From positions 13,727 through 77,726 of the forward strand of contig DLMY01000020.1 of NCBI GenBank assembly GCA_002478275.1: a DNA stretch of 64,000 nt, written 5' to 3'. The translations under genes and the position numbers were made by a program. This document shows positions 48,058 to 58,041 of this stretch, piece by piece (positions within the stretch are counted from its first letter, which is position 1; every line of letters starts with the position of its first letter). Source of the DNA: Actinobacteria bacterium UBA7524 (GTDB lineage: Bacteria; Actinomycetota; Coriobacteriia; Anaerosomatales; UBA912). A model generated the notes under the pieces. It was not told where the DNA came from, ran no database searches, and saw only the letters and a program-made list of their open reading frames with translations.

Positions 48058-50673
48058 GTGCAGACACCGACACGCCCGTCCATCCCGCTACTGGTCTGGC
48101 TGGTGTGCGCGTTCTGGGCAGGGCTCGTGTTGGCGGAACATGTGTGCTGGACCCTGGGCCCACCGACGGGCCTCCCGGCGTGGTCGGCGCTCATCGGTGT
48201 CGTGGCAGCTGCGATGTGTGTGGCAGGCCTGGTGGTCGTGCGCCTACCGGTCCCGGTCGGCTTCGTCGGTAGGTTCGCGCCGGCGTTTCTTCTCGTCTTG
48301 GCCTTGTCGTGCGGCACTGCATACGGGCTGATGTACTGGGCGCGCATCGCTAACGCTCAAGAACAACTCACGTCGGCCGCTACACAGCAACTCGATGCGG
48401 AGGTGACCGGCGACCCCATAGTGCGCGAGCGAGGCGCCACGGTTCTGGCGAAAGTCGCGCAGGGCCCTTTGCGTGGCCACGTCCTGGGGGTGATGTGGCC
48501 GGCGAGCGCTGCCGTCCCACGCGCGGGCCAGATCGTCTCCGTGAGGGGGGCGGTGATGGCAGATGCCGATCAGCGCGATGTCTGGGCGCGGCGGCGCTTC
48601 CGATCGGGCCAGGTCGGTACGGTGCGCGCGTGGAAGGCGGAGGTTCGCGAGTGGGCTCGAACGCCGGTGGGGCTATGTGGTCCCGTACGTGCGCGCGTGT
48701 CGGACACGCTGCGGGCCATCGCATCCCAGGGTTCCGGCCTGCTCGAAGGCGTTCTCCTCGGTGACAGGACGACACTCAGGGGCGGGACGCTGGAGACCGA
48801 TTTCCGCACGTGCGGGTTGTCTCACATGGTCGCGGTATCGGGGACGCACCTGGCCATCGTCGCGTATCTGCTCGGCGGAGTGCTGGGTGCGGCCGGCGTC
48901 GCCCGCTCCTGGCGTCTGGTCGCGGTGCTGTCGGGTTGCGTGGTGTACGTGTCGCTCACGGGCGCACACACCTCGGCGTTGCGAGCACTTCTGATGGGCG
49001 CGGTCGCGCTTTCCGCATCTCTTTCAGGACGCCGGAAGGACCCGCTGGGTGCGCTGGCTTCCGCCACGTTCCTGCTACTCTTGCTCGCTCCTTCGCAGGC
49101 GTTCGATATCGGTCTGGTGCTGTCCGTCTCGGCTGTCGCGGGTCTCGTGACGTTCGCGCCGCTGGCCACACACTGGATAGCCGCCGCGCTGCCGCGAAGA
49201 GTACATCGCATCGGGTCGGCGATGGGGGTCACACTCGTAGCACAGGCGGCCACACTGCCTGTGACCGTCCCGGCGTTCAATTCGCTGTCGCTTGTCGGCC
49301 CCATCGCCAATGTCGCCACGGCGCCGCTCGTCACACTCGGCCTGGGAGCCGGTCTTGCCGGGGTGGCCATGCTTCACGTATCGAACTGGGCGGGTGTGTG
49401 GGCGCTCAGGCTCGCGTCGATGCCGCTGGACCTGGCCGCTGTGTTGGCAGCTCGGTTGGCGAGCCTCCCGTATGCCGCGATCCCCGTGGGCGGATCGGCC
49501 CTGGTGCTCTCTGCTGCCATCGGGGCGTGCTTGGCGCTGCTCTGGGCTCGCTGGCCCGTGCCTCGCGACCCTCGCGCGGCACGTCGGGTGATCGTGCTCG
49601 CAGTCGTGGCAGCGATCGTGTTGGGCGCGGGACCGCCTCCGTCACGCTCGGCGAGAGTCGTGGTGCTCGACGTCGGCCAGGGAGACGCGATCCTGCTCAA
49701 GGACGGTGGAGCGGCAGCACTCATCGACACCGGGCCCGATCCCGGATTGCTGAGAGAAGCGATGGCGCGTTGCGGCCTGAGGCATCTCGACGCGGTGGTG
49801 ATCACACACGATCATGCAGATCACACAGCTGGACTGCCCGGACTTGTCGGGGTCATCAGGACAGCGCGCGTGTTGGTGCCCGACACTGAAGACCCCGATG
49901 ACTTCGCCGCCGTAGCGGCCTACGCACAAGGGGCAGGCGCGGAGTTCGCGACGCTTACACAAGGTCAGCGCTTCAACGTGGGCGAGATCACGTGCGAGGT
50001 ACTGTGGCCCACGCCCGGATGGCGCGGCGACGATGTGAACGATTCCAGTGTAGTGATTCGCGCTTCTGTGGGAGACACGGCGATCCTGCTGACCGGAGAT
50101 GCCGAGGAAAGCGTGTACGACTCACTGATGGCTGGCGGGCTCCTCCCGCAGACCACTGTGCTCAAAGTCGCACATCACGGGAGCGAGAACGGCATCTCGG
50201 ATGCTGCGCTCGAACGCCTTGCACCGCGAGCGGCCATCATCAGCGTCGGGACGCCGAACGACTACGGCCATCCGTGTGCTCAGACGCTTGAACAACTGAG
50301 GAGCCACGGCATCCGCGCGCTTCGCACCGACAGGTCCGGGGACATCACGATGGACTTCGGGCGAGGTCGCATCGACGTGCGGGAGGCCGGCGACCTGTGC
50401 GACAATGCTGCGCGCGAGCCATTCCCGTCCATGCCACCCACCCTGGAGCGCGCCGCATGCCCGAGGGCCTGCAAGACCTCAAACCTGTCTACCTCATCTA
50501 CGGCGAAGAAGAGGTGCTGCTCGAGCGCGCCCTCACCCGGCTTCGCAAGCGCGTTGAAGAAGCAGGCGGATCCGATTTCGACGTCGATGTCCTTGACGCC
50601 GAGAGCGCGGAGCCCGACGCCGTTGTCGCCTCGGCCAATATGCTCCCGCTCATGTCAGCCAGACGGCTCGTGA
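48058..50673 (+). CDS. comEC: ComEC/Rec2 DNA internalisation channel with MBL domain
   Basis: It has a polytopic competence domain and a metallo-beta-lactamase motif (VITHDHADHTAG, VAHHGS). The reading frame has no stop until 50673, which puts it 217 nt into holA. Confidence 0.85.
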   Translation: MQTPTRPSIPLLVWLVCAFWAGLVLAEHVCWTLGPPTGLPAWSALIGVVAAAMCVAGLVVVRLPVPVGFVGRFAPAFLLVLALSCGTAYGLMYWARIANAQEQLTSAATQQLDAEVTGDPIVRERGATVLAKVAQGPLRGHVLGVMWPASAAVPRAGQIVSVRGAVMADADQRDVWARRRFRSGQVGTVRAWKAEVREWARTPVGLCGPVRARVSDTLRAIASQGSGLLEGVLLGDRTTLRGGTLETDFRTCGLSHMVAVSGTHLAIVAYLLGGVLGAAGVARSWRLVAVLSGCVVYVSLTGAHTSALRALLMGAVALSASLSGRRKDPLGALASATFLLLLLAPSQAFDIGLVLSVSAVAGLVTFAPLATHWIAAALPRRVHRIGSAMGVTLVAQAATLPVTVPAFNSLSLVGPIANVATAPLVTLGLGAGLAGVAMLHVSNWAGVWALRLASMPLDLAAVLAARLASLPYAAIPVGGSALVLSAAIGACLALLWARWPVPRDPRAARRVIVLAVVAAIVLGAGPPPSRSARVVVLDVGQGDAILLKDGGAAALIDTGPDPGLLREAMARCGLRHLDAVVITHDHADHTAGLPGLVGVIRTARVLVPDTEDPDDFAAVAAYAQGAGAEFATLTQGQRFNVGEITCEVLWPTPGWRGDDVNDSSVVIRASVGDTAILLTGDAEESVYDSLMAGGLLPQTTVLKVAHHGSENGISDAALERLAPRAAIISVGTPNDYGHPCAQTLEQLRSHGIRALRTDRSGDITMDFGRGRIDVREAGDLCDNAAREPFPSMPPTLERAACPRACKTSNLSTSSTAKKRCCSSAPSPGFASALKKQADPISTSMSLTPRARSPTPLSPRPICSRSCQPDGS

Positions 50674-51473
50674 TCCTGCGTGGTCTCGACCGCTATCCTG
50701 CCGATCGACTTGAGCCTCTGATCGACTATGCGGGGGACCCCAACCCCACGACCACACTCGTGCTCGTGGCCGCCAAGATCGCGAAGAACATGCGTATCTA
50801 CAAGGCCATCGATGCCCTGGGGGGCGTGGGTCACTACGCCGCGCCCAAGAGGGGGGAGTACCCGCGTATCGTCATCGAGATGTTCGCCGACCGCGGCAAG
50901 ACGATCGGTCGTGACGCCGCCGAGGTGCTTGCCCGGGCCGTCGGTTTCGACACCCAGGCGAAGGACAATCTGCGCCGTCTTGAGATCGAGGTCGAGAAGG
51001 TTCTTGCCTACACTGGCGAGCGCGAGACGCTGTCGCGTCAGGACGTTGAAGAGGTCGTCTCCGAGACAGCACCGACCTCGGTGTTCGAACTCACCGACGC
51101 TATCGGCGCCCGTGACTGCCGAGGAGCCCTGGCGCTGCTGGCACGTCTCATCGATGCGCAGGAGTCCGTTCTCGGGATCCATGCGCTGTCGTTGAGACTC
51201 GTGCGGCAACTCCTGTCCGCTCGCGCCGTCATCGAGCGGCCCGATCATGGCCGGTCGGGTGATACGGTTGCCAAGGTGCTGGGCGTGCAGCCGTGGCTTG
51301 CGACGAAGATCCTCAAGCAGGCAGAGCGCTACTCCACCGCAGAACTCGTGGACGCGCTGCGACTGGCTGCCGATAGTGAGGCACAAATGAAAACGAGCCG
51401 GGATCCCCGGCTCGTTTACGAGCGATGGCTTGTTGCGGTCTGCACCGGCGAGCTCGCCGGACACAAACGCTAG
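50457..51473 (+). CDS. holA: DNA polymerase III delta subunit
   Basis: It has [18 protein letters not shown] and the expected position after comEC. The start is at MPEGLQDL (ATG 50457), with GGAG 8 nt upstream. Confidence 0.85.
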   Translation: MPEGLQDLKPVYLIYGEEEVLLERALTRLRKRVEEAGGSDFDVDVLDAESAEPDAVVASANMLPLMSARRLVILRGLDRYPADRLEPLIDYAGDPNPTTTLVLVAAKIAKNMRIYKAIDALGGVGHYAAPKRGEYPRIVIEMFADRGKTIGRDAAEVLARAVGFDTQAKDNLRRLEIEVEKVLAYTGERETLSRQDVEEVVSETAPTSVFELTDAIGARDCRGALALLARLIDAQESVLGIHALSLRLVRQLLSARAVIERPDHGRSGDTVAKVLGVQPWLATKILKQAERYSTAELVDALRLAADSEAQMKTSRDPRLVYERWLVAVCTGELAGHKR

Positions 51474-51730
51474 GAGGCGCTTACCCGCTTGGCGATACCC
51501 GACTTGCGGTTCGCTGCCTGGTTCTTGTGGATGACACCCTTGGTGGCTGCCTTGTCCAGCAGACGGTTGGCGGCCTGAGCGGCGGCCTTGGCCGTATCGG
51601 CGTCACCTTCGGCGATCGCCGCGTCGACCTTCTTGACGGCCGTCTTGATCTCGGACTTGACGGCCTTGTTGCGAAGGCGTGCCTTCTCGTTGGTGAGCAC
51701 GCGCTTCTTCTGGCTCTTGATATTCGCCAC
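51470..51730 (-). CDS. rpsT: Ribosomal protein bS20
   Basis: It starts [23 protein letters not shown] and has ...AANRKSG... Confidence 0.95.
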   Translation of the reverse strand: MANIKSQKKRVLTNEKARLRNKAVKSEIKTAVKKVDAAIAEGDADTAKAAAQAANRLLDKAATKGVIHKNQAANRKSGIAKRVSAS

Positions 51731-51869
51731 GTTCTACGGTCCTTCCAGCTGAAGATGTGATACCCGTCGTCGCAGTGGGGTGCGGACGAACCCTGCGATA
51801 CTATCACACGCCACCGGGTGGCGCCATATGCGATGGCGCAATCGTTCCCACCTGCTATGATAGGGCGCT

Positions 51870-53672
51870 ATGAGCGATCCCTCCCACATCCGCAACTTCT
51901 CCATCATCGCGCACATCGATCACGGTAAGTCCACGCTCGCGGACCGCATCCTCGAGCTGACGCATACTGTGGCCGATCGTGACATGAAAGAGCAGGTACT
52001 CGACTCGATGGACATCGAGCGAGAGCGTGGTATCACCATCAAGGCACAGGCCGTGCGCGTCATGTACGAGGCCGATGACGGGCAGACCTATCAGCTCAAC
52101 CTGATCGACACGCCAGGACACGTCGACTTCACCTACGAGGTCTCGCGCTCGCTGCAAGCGTGCGAGGGCGTCTTGCTTGTGGTCGACGCCGCTCAAGGTG
52201 TCGAGGCGCAGACGGTGGCCAACGCCATGATGGCGACGAACGCCGATCTCGAGATCATCCCGGTCATCAACAAGATCGACCTGCCCGCGGCAGATCCGGA
52301 GCGCGTGCGCCACGAGATCGAAGAAGGACTCACCATCCCTGCCGACGATGCCGTGCTTGCCAGCGGCAAGACCGGCGAGGGGGTATGCGAGGCGCTCGAG
52401 GCGGTCGTCAAACGCGTCCCGCCGCCAGTAGGCGATCCCGACGCGCCACTCTCGGCACTCATTTTCGACTCGTATTTCGACACCTATCGCGGTGTGGTCG
52501 CGCTCATCCGTATCGTCGACGGTGAGGTCCGCAAGAACATGAAGATCCGCCTGATGGCCACCGGTGTGGTCACCGACGTCGAGGAGGTCGGAGTCCGCAG
52601 GCCGGCCAACATGCCGGTCGACGCGCTGACGGTCGGCGAGGTCGGCTACCTGGTCACGGGCCTCAAGGACCCCGCGCTCGTCAAAGTCGGCGACACCGTC
52701 ACGCCGGCCAAGCACGGCGCCACCGAGCCGCTTCCCGGGTACCGCGACGTCAAGCCGATGGTATACACCGGCCTCTTCCCGATAGACGGCGACCAGTACC
52801 CGGACCTGCGCGACGCGCTCGACAAGCTCAAACTCAACGACCCGGCGCTCATCTTCGAGCCCGAGAACAGCCACGCGTTGGGGTTCGGGTTTCGGGTGGG
52901 TTTCCTCGGCTTGTTGCATATGGAGGTCGTGAAAGAACGGCTGGAGCGGGAGTTCGACCTCGACCTGTTGGCGACGGCTCCGAGCGTTGCGTATCGCGTG
53001 ACCAGGACCGATGGCGAGGTGCTCGAGATCCACTCGCCGCAAGACATGCCCGATCCCGGCCACATCGACCACGTCGAGGAGCCCTATCTCACCGCCCAGG
53101 TCATCGTGCCGCCTGACTACGTCGGCGCGGTCATGGAGCTTGCCGAGGGGCGCCGTGCGACCTTCAAGAACATGCAGTACCTGTCCAAGACCACCGTGGA
53201 CATGCACTACGAGATCCCGCTTTCCGAGCTGATCATGGACTTCTTCGACCAGCTCAAGAGCCGCACCAAAGGTTACGCGTCTCTCGATTACGAGTTCCTG
53301 GGCTATCGCCGAGGAGACCTCGTCAAGCTTGATATCCTGCTTGCGGGCAAGCCGGTCGACGCGCTGTCGTTCATCGTCCACAAGGACAAGGCGTACGCAC
53401 GCGGTAAGGTGCTGACGGAGAAGCTGCGCGAGATCATTCCTCGGCAGATGTTCGAGGTGCCGATACAGGCGGCCATCGGCGGGCGGATTCTCGCGCGTGA
53501 GACGGTGCGGGCGAAGCGCAAGGACGTGCTCGCGAAGTGTTACGGCGGCGACATCACCCGCAAGCGTAAGCTGCTCGAGAAGCAGAAAAAGGGCAAGAAA
53601 CGCATGAAAAGCGTGGGCAACGTCGAAGTACCACAAGAGGCCTTCATGGCGATTCTCAAAGTCGATGACTAG
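51870..53672 (+). CDS. lepA: Translation elongation factor 4 (LepA)
   Basis: It has [28 protein letters not shown] and NKIDL, plus the LepA-specific C-terminus [22 protein letters not shown]. Confidence 0.96.
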   Translation: MSDPSHIRNFSIIAHIDHGKSTLADRILELTHTVADRDMKEQVLDSMDIERERGITIKAQAVRVMYEADDGQTYQLNLIDTPGHVDFTYEVSRSLQACEGVLLVVDAAQGVEAQTVANAMMATNADLEIIPVINKIDLPAADPERVRHEIEEGLTIPADDAVLASGKTGEGVCEALEAVVKRVPPPVGDPDAPLSALIFDSYFDTYRGVVALIRIVDGEVRKNMKIRLMATGVVTDVEEVGVRRPANMPVDALTVGEVGYLVTGLKDPALVKVGDTVTPAKHGATEPLPGYRDVKPMVYTGLFPIDGDQYPDLRDALDKLKLNDPALIFEPENSHALGFGFRVGFLGLLHMEVVKERLEREFDLDLLATAPSVAYRVTRTDGEVLEIHSPQDMPDPGHIDHVEEPYLTAQVIVPPDYVGAVMELAEGRRATFKNMQYLSKTTVDMHYEIPLSELIMDFFDQLKSRTKGYASLDYEFLGYRRGDLVKLDILLAGKPVDALSFIVHKDKAYARGKVLTEKLREIIPRQMFEVPIQAAIGGRILARETVRAKRKDVLAKCYGGDITRKRKLLEKQKKGKKRMKSVGNVEVPQEAFMAILKVDD

Positions 53673-53684
53673 AGGAGACCTTTT

Positions 53685-54908
53685 GTGGACGAGACTGTCC
53701 TCCCCGGCGCTGGCTCGCACGACGAGCTGAGCGCCGCGGCACTGCCCGCGCACCTCTACATCCACGTTCCTTTCTGCAGCTCGAAGTGCTCGTACTGCGA
53801 CTTCTTCTCCATCACCGACGTGAGCGACGAGCGTATCGAGCCGGTGCGCCGCGGTCTCGACGACCAGATCGCCCGATGGGCCGAGCTGGGGCTTCCCGGC
53901 ATGATCGAGACGATGTACATCGGCGGAGGCACCCCGACGGTGCTCACCACACGACTCGTGGAGCTGCTACGAATCGCATTCGACGCGTTCGACCGCTCCG
54001 ACCGTGCCGAGGTGACCGTCGAGGCGAACCCGGACTCGCTCACCTCGCTGCTGGTAGAATCGCTCGCCGAGGCCGGGGCGACGCGCATCAGCCTCGGCGT
54101 CCAGTCGTTCGACGCACGCGAGCTGGCGCTTCTCGGCCGCGCGCACACCGTCGACGACGCGCTGATCGGCTGCGAAGCCGTACGCATGGCCGGCATGGAC
54201 CTGTCCGTCGACCTGATGTGCGGGATCCCGGGCCAGTCCGTCGACACCTGGCTCGAATCGCTCGAACAGGTACTGACCACGGGCGCGCGACACGTGTCTG
54301 TCTACCCGCTCACCCTCGAGGAAGGGACGCCGCTCCAGTCCGCGTGTAGCGAAGGCCGCCTCCGCGCTCCCGACCCCGATCTGACCGCCACTCTCATGCG
54401 TATCGCCGAGGAGTGCCTTCAGTCCGCCGGACTCCGCCGCTACGAGGTGGCGAACTACGCGGTCCCGGGTCACGAGTCCCGGCACAACCTCGCATACTGG
54501 ACGAGCAGACAGTACATCGGCATCGGCCCTTCGGCCCATGGCATGCTCGATGTGCCGACTGCGATCGCTGCCGGGGTGCTCGATCCCGAGCAAGCTGCGG
54601 ATGCGAGCCGCGTGCGCTACAGCGAGGCCGATGACCTCGACGAGTGGCTTGCCGGCGCCGGGGGAGAGGTCGAGCTGCTGAGCGCGGCCGAGGCGGCTCG
54701 TGAAGACGTCATGCTGGAGCTGCGCCTGACGCGGGGGACCACTATCGCCCAGGTCGAGCGCGCGAACCTCATGCCGGTCATGGAAGACCTCGAGTCGCTC
54801 GGGCTCATCGAGCGTGGCGGCACGGGTGAGCAGACGCGGTTCCGTACCACCTCGCGCGGCTGGCTGCTGGGCAACGAGGTCTTCTCGCGTGTGTGGGCTG
54901 GAGTCTGA
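53685..54908 (+). CDS. hemW: Radical-SAM heme chaperone HemW (HemN-like)
   Basis: GTG follows AGAGGAGA. It has YIHVPFCSSKCSYCDF and the expected position after lepA. Confidence 0.88.
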   Translation: MDETVLPGAGSHDELSAAALPAHLYIHVPFCSSKCSYCDFFSITDVSDERIEPVRRGLDDQIARWAELGLPGMIETMYIGGGTPTVLTTRLVELLRIAFDAFDRSDRAEVTVEANPDSLTSLLVESLAEAGATRISLGVQSFDARELALLGRAHTVDDALIGCEAVRMAGMDLSVDLMCGIPGQSVDTWLESLEQVLTTGARHVSVYPLTLEEGTPLQSACSEGRLRAPDPDLTATLMRIAEECLQSAGLRRYEVANYAVPGHESRHNLAYWTSRQYIGIGPSAHGMLDVPTAIAAGVLDPEQAADASRVRYSEADDLDEWLAGAGGEVELLSAAEAAREDVMLELRLTRGTTIAQVERANLMPVMEDLESLGLIERGGTGEQTRFRTTSRGWLLGNEVFSRVWAGV

Positions 54909-54911
54909 CAC

Positions 54912-54938
54912 CTGGCACTCGCTATAATAGAGTGCTAG
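54912..54938 (+). promoter_or_regulatory. CIRCE operator (HrcA binding site) overlapping a -10-like TATAAT
   Basis: CTGGCACTC-N9-GAGTGCTAG compared with the consensus TTAGCACTC-N9-GAGTGCTAA. The N9 spacer contains TATAAT (54923-54928). It sits directly upstream of hrcA. Confidence 0.8.
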
Positions 54939-54950
54939 CAACGCCCACTT

Positions 54951-54966
54951 CGAGTGCTAGCACTCG
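54951..54966 (+). promoter_or_regulatory. Second, spacer-less palindrome built from CIRCE half-sites
   Basis: CGAGTGCTAGCACTCG is a perfect 16-nt palindrome, 12 nt after the CIRCE and 33 nt before the hrcA start. Confidence 0.45.
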
Positions 54967-54998
54967 CCACGAACACCCGGCCAGCGAGGAGAAAGCCC

Positions 54999-56060
54999 GT
55001 GCTCAACGCACGTAGGAAGCTCGTGCTCAAGGCTCTTGTCGAGGAGTACATACGCAGTGGAGAGCCCGTCGGTAGCCGGGTACTCGTCGAGCGCCACGGT
55101 ATCTCGTGCAGCCCGGCCACCGTGCGAAACGAACTTGCCGCACTCGAGGAGTCAGGCCATGTCTTCCAGCCTCACGTGAGCAGCGGGCGCGTTCCTACCG
55201 ATGCAGGTTACCGCGCGTTCGTCGACGGCCTGCTGGAAAGTGGCGAGCCGCTGCCCGCGTTGGACGCAGACACGCTTCCCGTCGACCACCTCGACCTGGC
55301 CAGCGAGGTCGACGACCTCATGCGCCGCACCTCGACCGTGCTCGCGCACCTGACGCACTACGTGGCCGTCGTCCTCGCGCCGACCGTCTCACTCGCGCGC
55401 ATCAGACGTATCGACCTGGTGCCGATGGGCCCGAGCCGCGCGCTGGTCGTACTCATCACCTCGACAGGACAGGTGGTCAATCGCCATATCGACCTCGCCG
55501 AGCAGATCTCCCCCGACCGCCTTGCCGAGATCGAGAGGGCGCTTAACGCCGCGTTCGGCGACAAGCACGCCAGTGAGGTCAGGGCGCTTCGTGGAGCTCT
55601 CGAGTCCGAGGCGCTCGACAGGAGCGGCTCCGCCCGTGCTTCGGCGCGAGGCGAGGCGACACCCGACCGCAGCGCGCTGGCTGCCGTGCTCGACGAGATA
55701 CTCGACTGCCTGAACGAAGCCGACCGCGACCGGCTCTACCACGTCGGCGTCCCGGAACTCCTCGAGCTGCCGGAGTTCGCCGAATCCGCGCGACTCAGAC
55801 CGCTGCTCGGCTTGCTCGAAGACGGCTTCGCGATGCTCGAGACGCTCTCGGACTTCGTGCGCACCGGTGGGCTCACCGTGCGTATCGGCAGCGAGAACAC
55901 GCGCCGCGAGCTCGGCGAGATGAGCGTGGTCATGACGAACTACTCCTCCAGCGACGCCAACGGGGTCGTCGGCGTCATCGGCCCGACTCGCATGGACTAT
56001 CCGAGAACCATCGCCGCGGTGCGCCGTACCGCCGACGGGTTGACCGACGTGCTACGGTAG
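54999..56060 (+). CDS. hrcA: Heat-inducible transcription repressor HrcA
   Basis: GTG 54999 follows GAGGAGAAAG. It has a winged-helix N-terminus (RKLVLKALVEEYIRSGEPVGSR) and ATVRNELAALEESG. Confidence 0.92.
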   Translation: MLNARRKLVLKALVEEYIRSGEPVGSRVLVERHGISCSPATVRNELAALEESGHVFQPHVSSGRVPTDAGYRAFVDGLLESGEPLPALDADTLPVDHLDLASEVDDLMRRTSTVLAHLTHYVAVVLAPTVSLARIRRIDLVPMGPSRALVVLITSTGQVVNRHIDLAEQISPDRLAEIERALNAAFGDKHASEVRALRGALESEALDRSGSARASARGEATPDRSALAAVLDEILDCLNEADRDRLYHVGVPELLELPEFAESARLRPLLGLLEDGFAMLETLSDFVRTGGLTVRIGSENTRRELGEMSVVMTNYSSSDANGVVGVIGPTRMDYPRTIAAVRRTADGLTDVLR

Positions 56061-56135
56061 CCGGACGGTTGCAGCACCTCGCGGACGGCCATCACGCGGC
56101 CGGACCGCCGACCGAGACAGGGAGACGGACAGACA

Positions 56136-57254
56136 GTGTCGACAGGTACCAAGGACTACTACGAACTCCTCGGCGTATCGAAAGATGCGAGCGAGGCTGA
56201 GATCAAGAAGGCGTTTCGCCACAAGGCGCGTGAGACGCACCCCGACGTCTGTAAGGACCATGATGCCGAGGAGCGCTTCAAAGCCGTCAACGAGGCCTAC
56301 GACGTGCTGTGCGACCCGCAGAAGCGCGCTATGTACGACCAGTACGGGACGGTCGACCCCCGCTCGGTGGGACCTGGCGCCGGAGTGGGCTTCGAGGACA
56401 TCTTCGCCGGAATCGGCATGGAGGACCTGTTCAGCGCGTTCTTCGGTGGGATGGGCGGGCCCAGGCGCGTCAACATGGACGGGCGCGACATCGTCGCCAC
56501 CGTGACCGTAACGCTCGAAGAAGCCGCCACCGGCGTCACCAAGCAGATCGCGCTCAACCGCCTGGTGCCGTGCGACGAGTGCAACGCCACCGGAAGCGCC
56601 GACGGGTCTGGCGTATCGCGCTGTTCCGACTGCAACGGCAGCGGGCAGCGCCAGAGCTACCGCCGCACGATCCTGGGCACCATGACGACGATGACCCCGT
56701 GCGAGACGTGTCAGGCCACCGGCAACGTCATCACGACACCGTGTCCCGAGTGTGAGGGCCAGGGCCGCGTGCCCGACCGCGAGCACGTCGACGTCGAGAT
56801 ACCGGCCGGTATCGACGACGGGATGCAGATCCGGCTCCGAGGACACGGCGAGGCGGGCATGCGAGGCGCCACTTCCGGCGACCTGATCGTCACGGTGCGC
56901 GTCGCGCCCCATGAGTACCTGCACCGCGAGCGCGACGACCTGCACTGTCGCGCGGGCATCAGCATCGCACAGGCCGCGCTGGGCACCGAGATCGACGCGT
57001 GCGGCATCCTCGAGGACAACAAGGCCGTCATCCCCGCAGGCTCCCAGCACGGCGACACCGTGCGCCTCAAGGGCCGCGGCATGCCGCGCCTGCGCGGTTC
57101 GGGCCGCGGTGACCTGATCGTCCACATCGCCATCGAGGTCCCGCGCAAGCTCGACAAGCGCCAGCGCGAATTGCTGGCAGAGCTCGGCGAGACCCTGGGC
57201 GACCCCGAGCGTCGCTCCGTCCTCCAGCGCCTGCACGACTGGCTGACCGGATAG
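56136..57254 (+). CDS. dnaJ: Chaperone DnaJ
   Basis: It has a J-domain (DYYELLGV...HPD) and four CxxCxG zinc-finger repeats (CDECNATG, CSDCNGSG, CETCQATG, CPECEGQG). Confidence 0.95.
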   Translation: MSTGTKDYYELLGVSKDASEAEIKKAFRHKARETHPDVCKDHDAEERFKAVNEAYDVLCDPQKRAMYDQYGTVDPRSVGPGAGVGFEDIFAGIGMEDLFSAFFGGMGGPRRVNMDGRDIVATVTVTLEEAATGVTKQIALNRLVPCDECNATGSADGSGVSRCSDCNGSGQRQSYRRTILGTMTTMTPCETCQATGNVITTPCPECEGQGRVPDREHVDVEIPAGIDDGMQIRLRGHGEAGMRGATSGDLIVTVRVAPHEYLHRERDDLHCRAGISIAQAALGTEIDACGILEDNKAVIPAGSQHGDTVRLKGRGMPRLRGSGRGDLIVHIAIEVPRKLDKRQRELLAELGETLGDPERRSVLQRLHDWLTG

Positions 57255-57258
57255 CGGG

Positions 57259-58041
57259 ATGGCACTGCACCGCTTCTTCGCGACCGCCCCGCTCGACGTG
57301 ACCCTCCCTGCCGAGGAACCATTGACGCTGCCCCTGACCGCCGATGACGTCCACCACGCGGTGCACGTGCTCAGGCTCGGGCCCGGGGATACGGTGGAGC
57401 TTGCGGGCCAGGACCGCCGCGTGTACGACGTGAAGGTCACCGATGTCACGGATGAAGCGATCGTTGGTCATCCGCTTGCCGTCCGGGCGTCTGCAGGAGG
57501 CCCCGAAGTCACGCTGTTCCAGGGACTCGCCAAGGGCGACAAGCTCGATCTCGTCGTGGAGAAGGCCGTTGAGGTCGGCGCCGCGGGCGTGGTGCCGGTC
57601 GGCTTCGAGCGTTCGGTGGTCCGTCTGAGTCCGGAGCGCGCCAGATCGCGTGGCGAGAGGCTGCGACGTGTCGCTGAAGCGGCGGCCAAGCAGTCGCACC
57701 GCGACCACGTGCCTGCGATCGCCGATCCGGTCGATGAGCGTGAGCTGTTGCCCCTGCTTGAGCCCTTCGACGTCGTACTCGTTCCCTGGGAAGATGCGGC
57801 GTCCGGCGCCCCGGGCATCGGCGAGGCGCTCTCGGCAGCGCAGGCTACAGGCGATTCCCGTGTGGCCGTGATCGTCGGTCCCGAGGGAGGGCTCACCGAC
57901 GCCGAGGTCGGGGCGCTCCAGGCGGCAGGTGCTGTCGCCGTCTCGCTCGGCGAGACCGTGCTGCGCACCGAGACCGCGGGCATCGTTGCGCTTGCGTTGT
58001 GCATCTACGAAATGGGTGGTCTCGGTGGCACACGCCGCTGA
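57259..58041 (+). CDS. rsmE: 16S rRNA (uracil1498-N3)-methyltransferase RsmE
   Basis: It has a PUA-like N-terminus (HRFF...HHAVHVLRL) and a SPOUT C-terminus (VIVGPEGGLTDAEV, LGETVLRTETA). Confidence 0.85.
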   Translation: MALHRFFATAPLDVTLPAEEPLTLPLTADDVHHAVHVLRLGPGDTVELAGQDRRVYDVKVTDVTDEAIVGHPLAVRASAGGPEVTLFQGLAKGDKLDLVVEKAVEVGAAGVVPVGFERSVVRLSPERARSRGERLRRVAEAAAKQSHRDHVPAIADPVDERELLPLLEPFDVVLVPWEDAASGAPGIGEALSAAQATGDSRVAVIVGPEGGLTDAEVGALQAAGAVAVSLGETVLRTETAGIVALALCIYEMGGLGGTRR

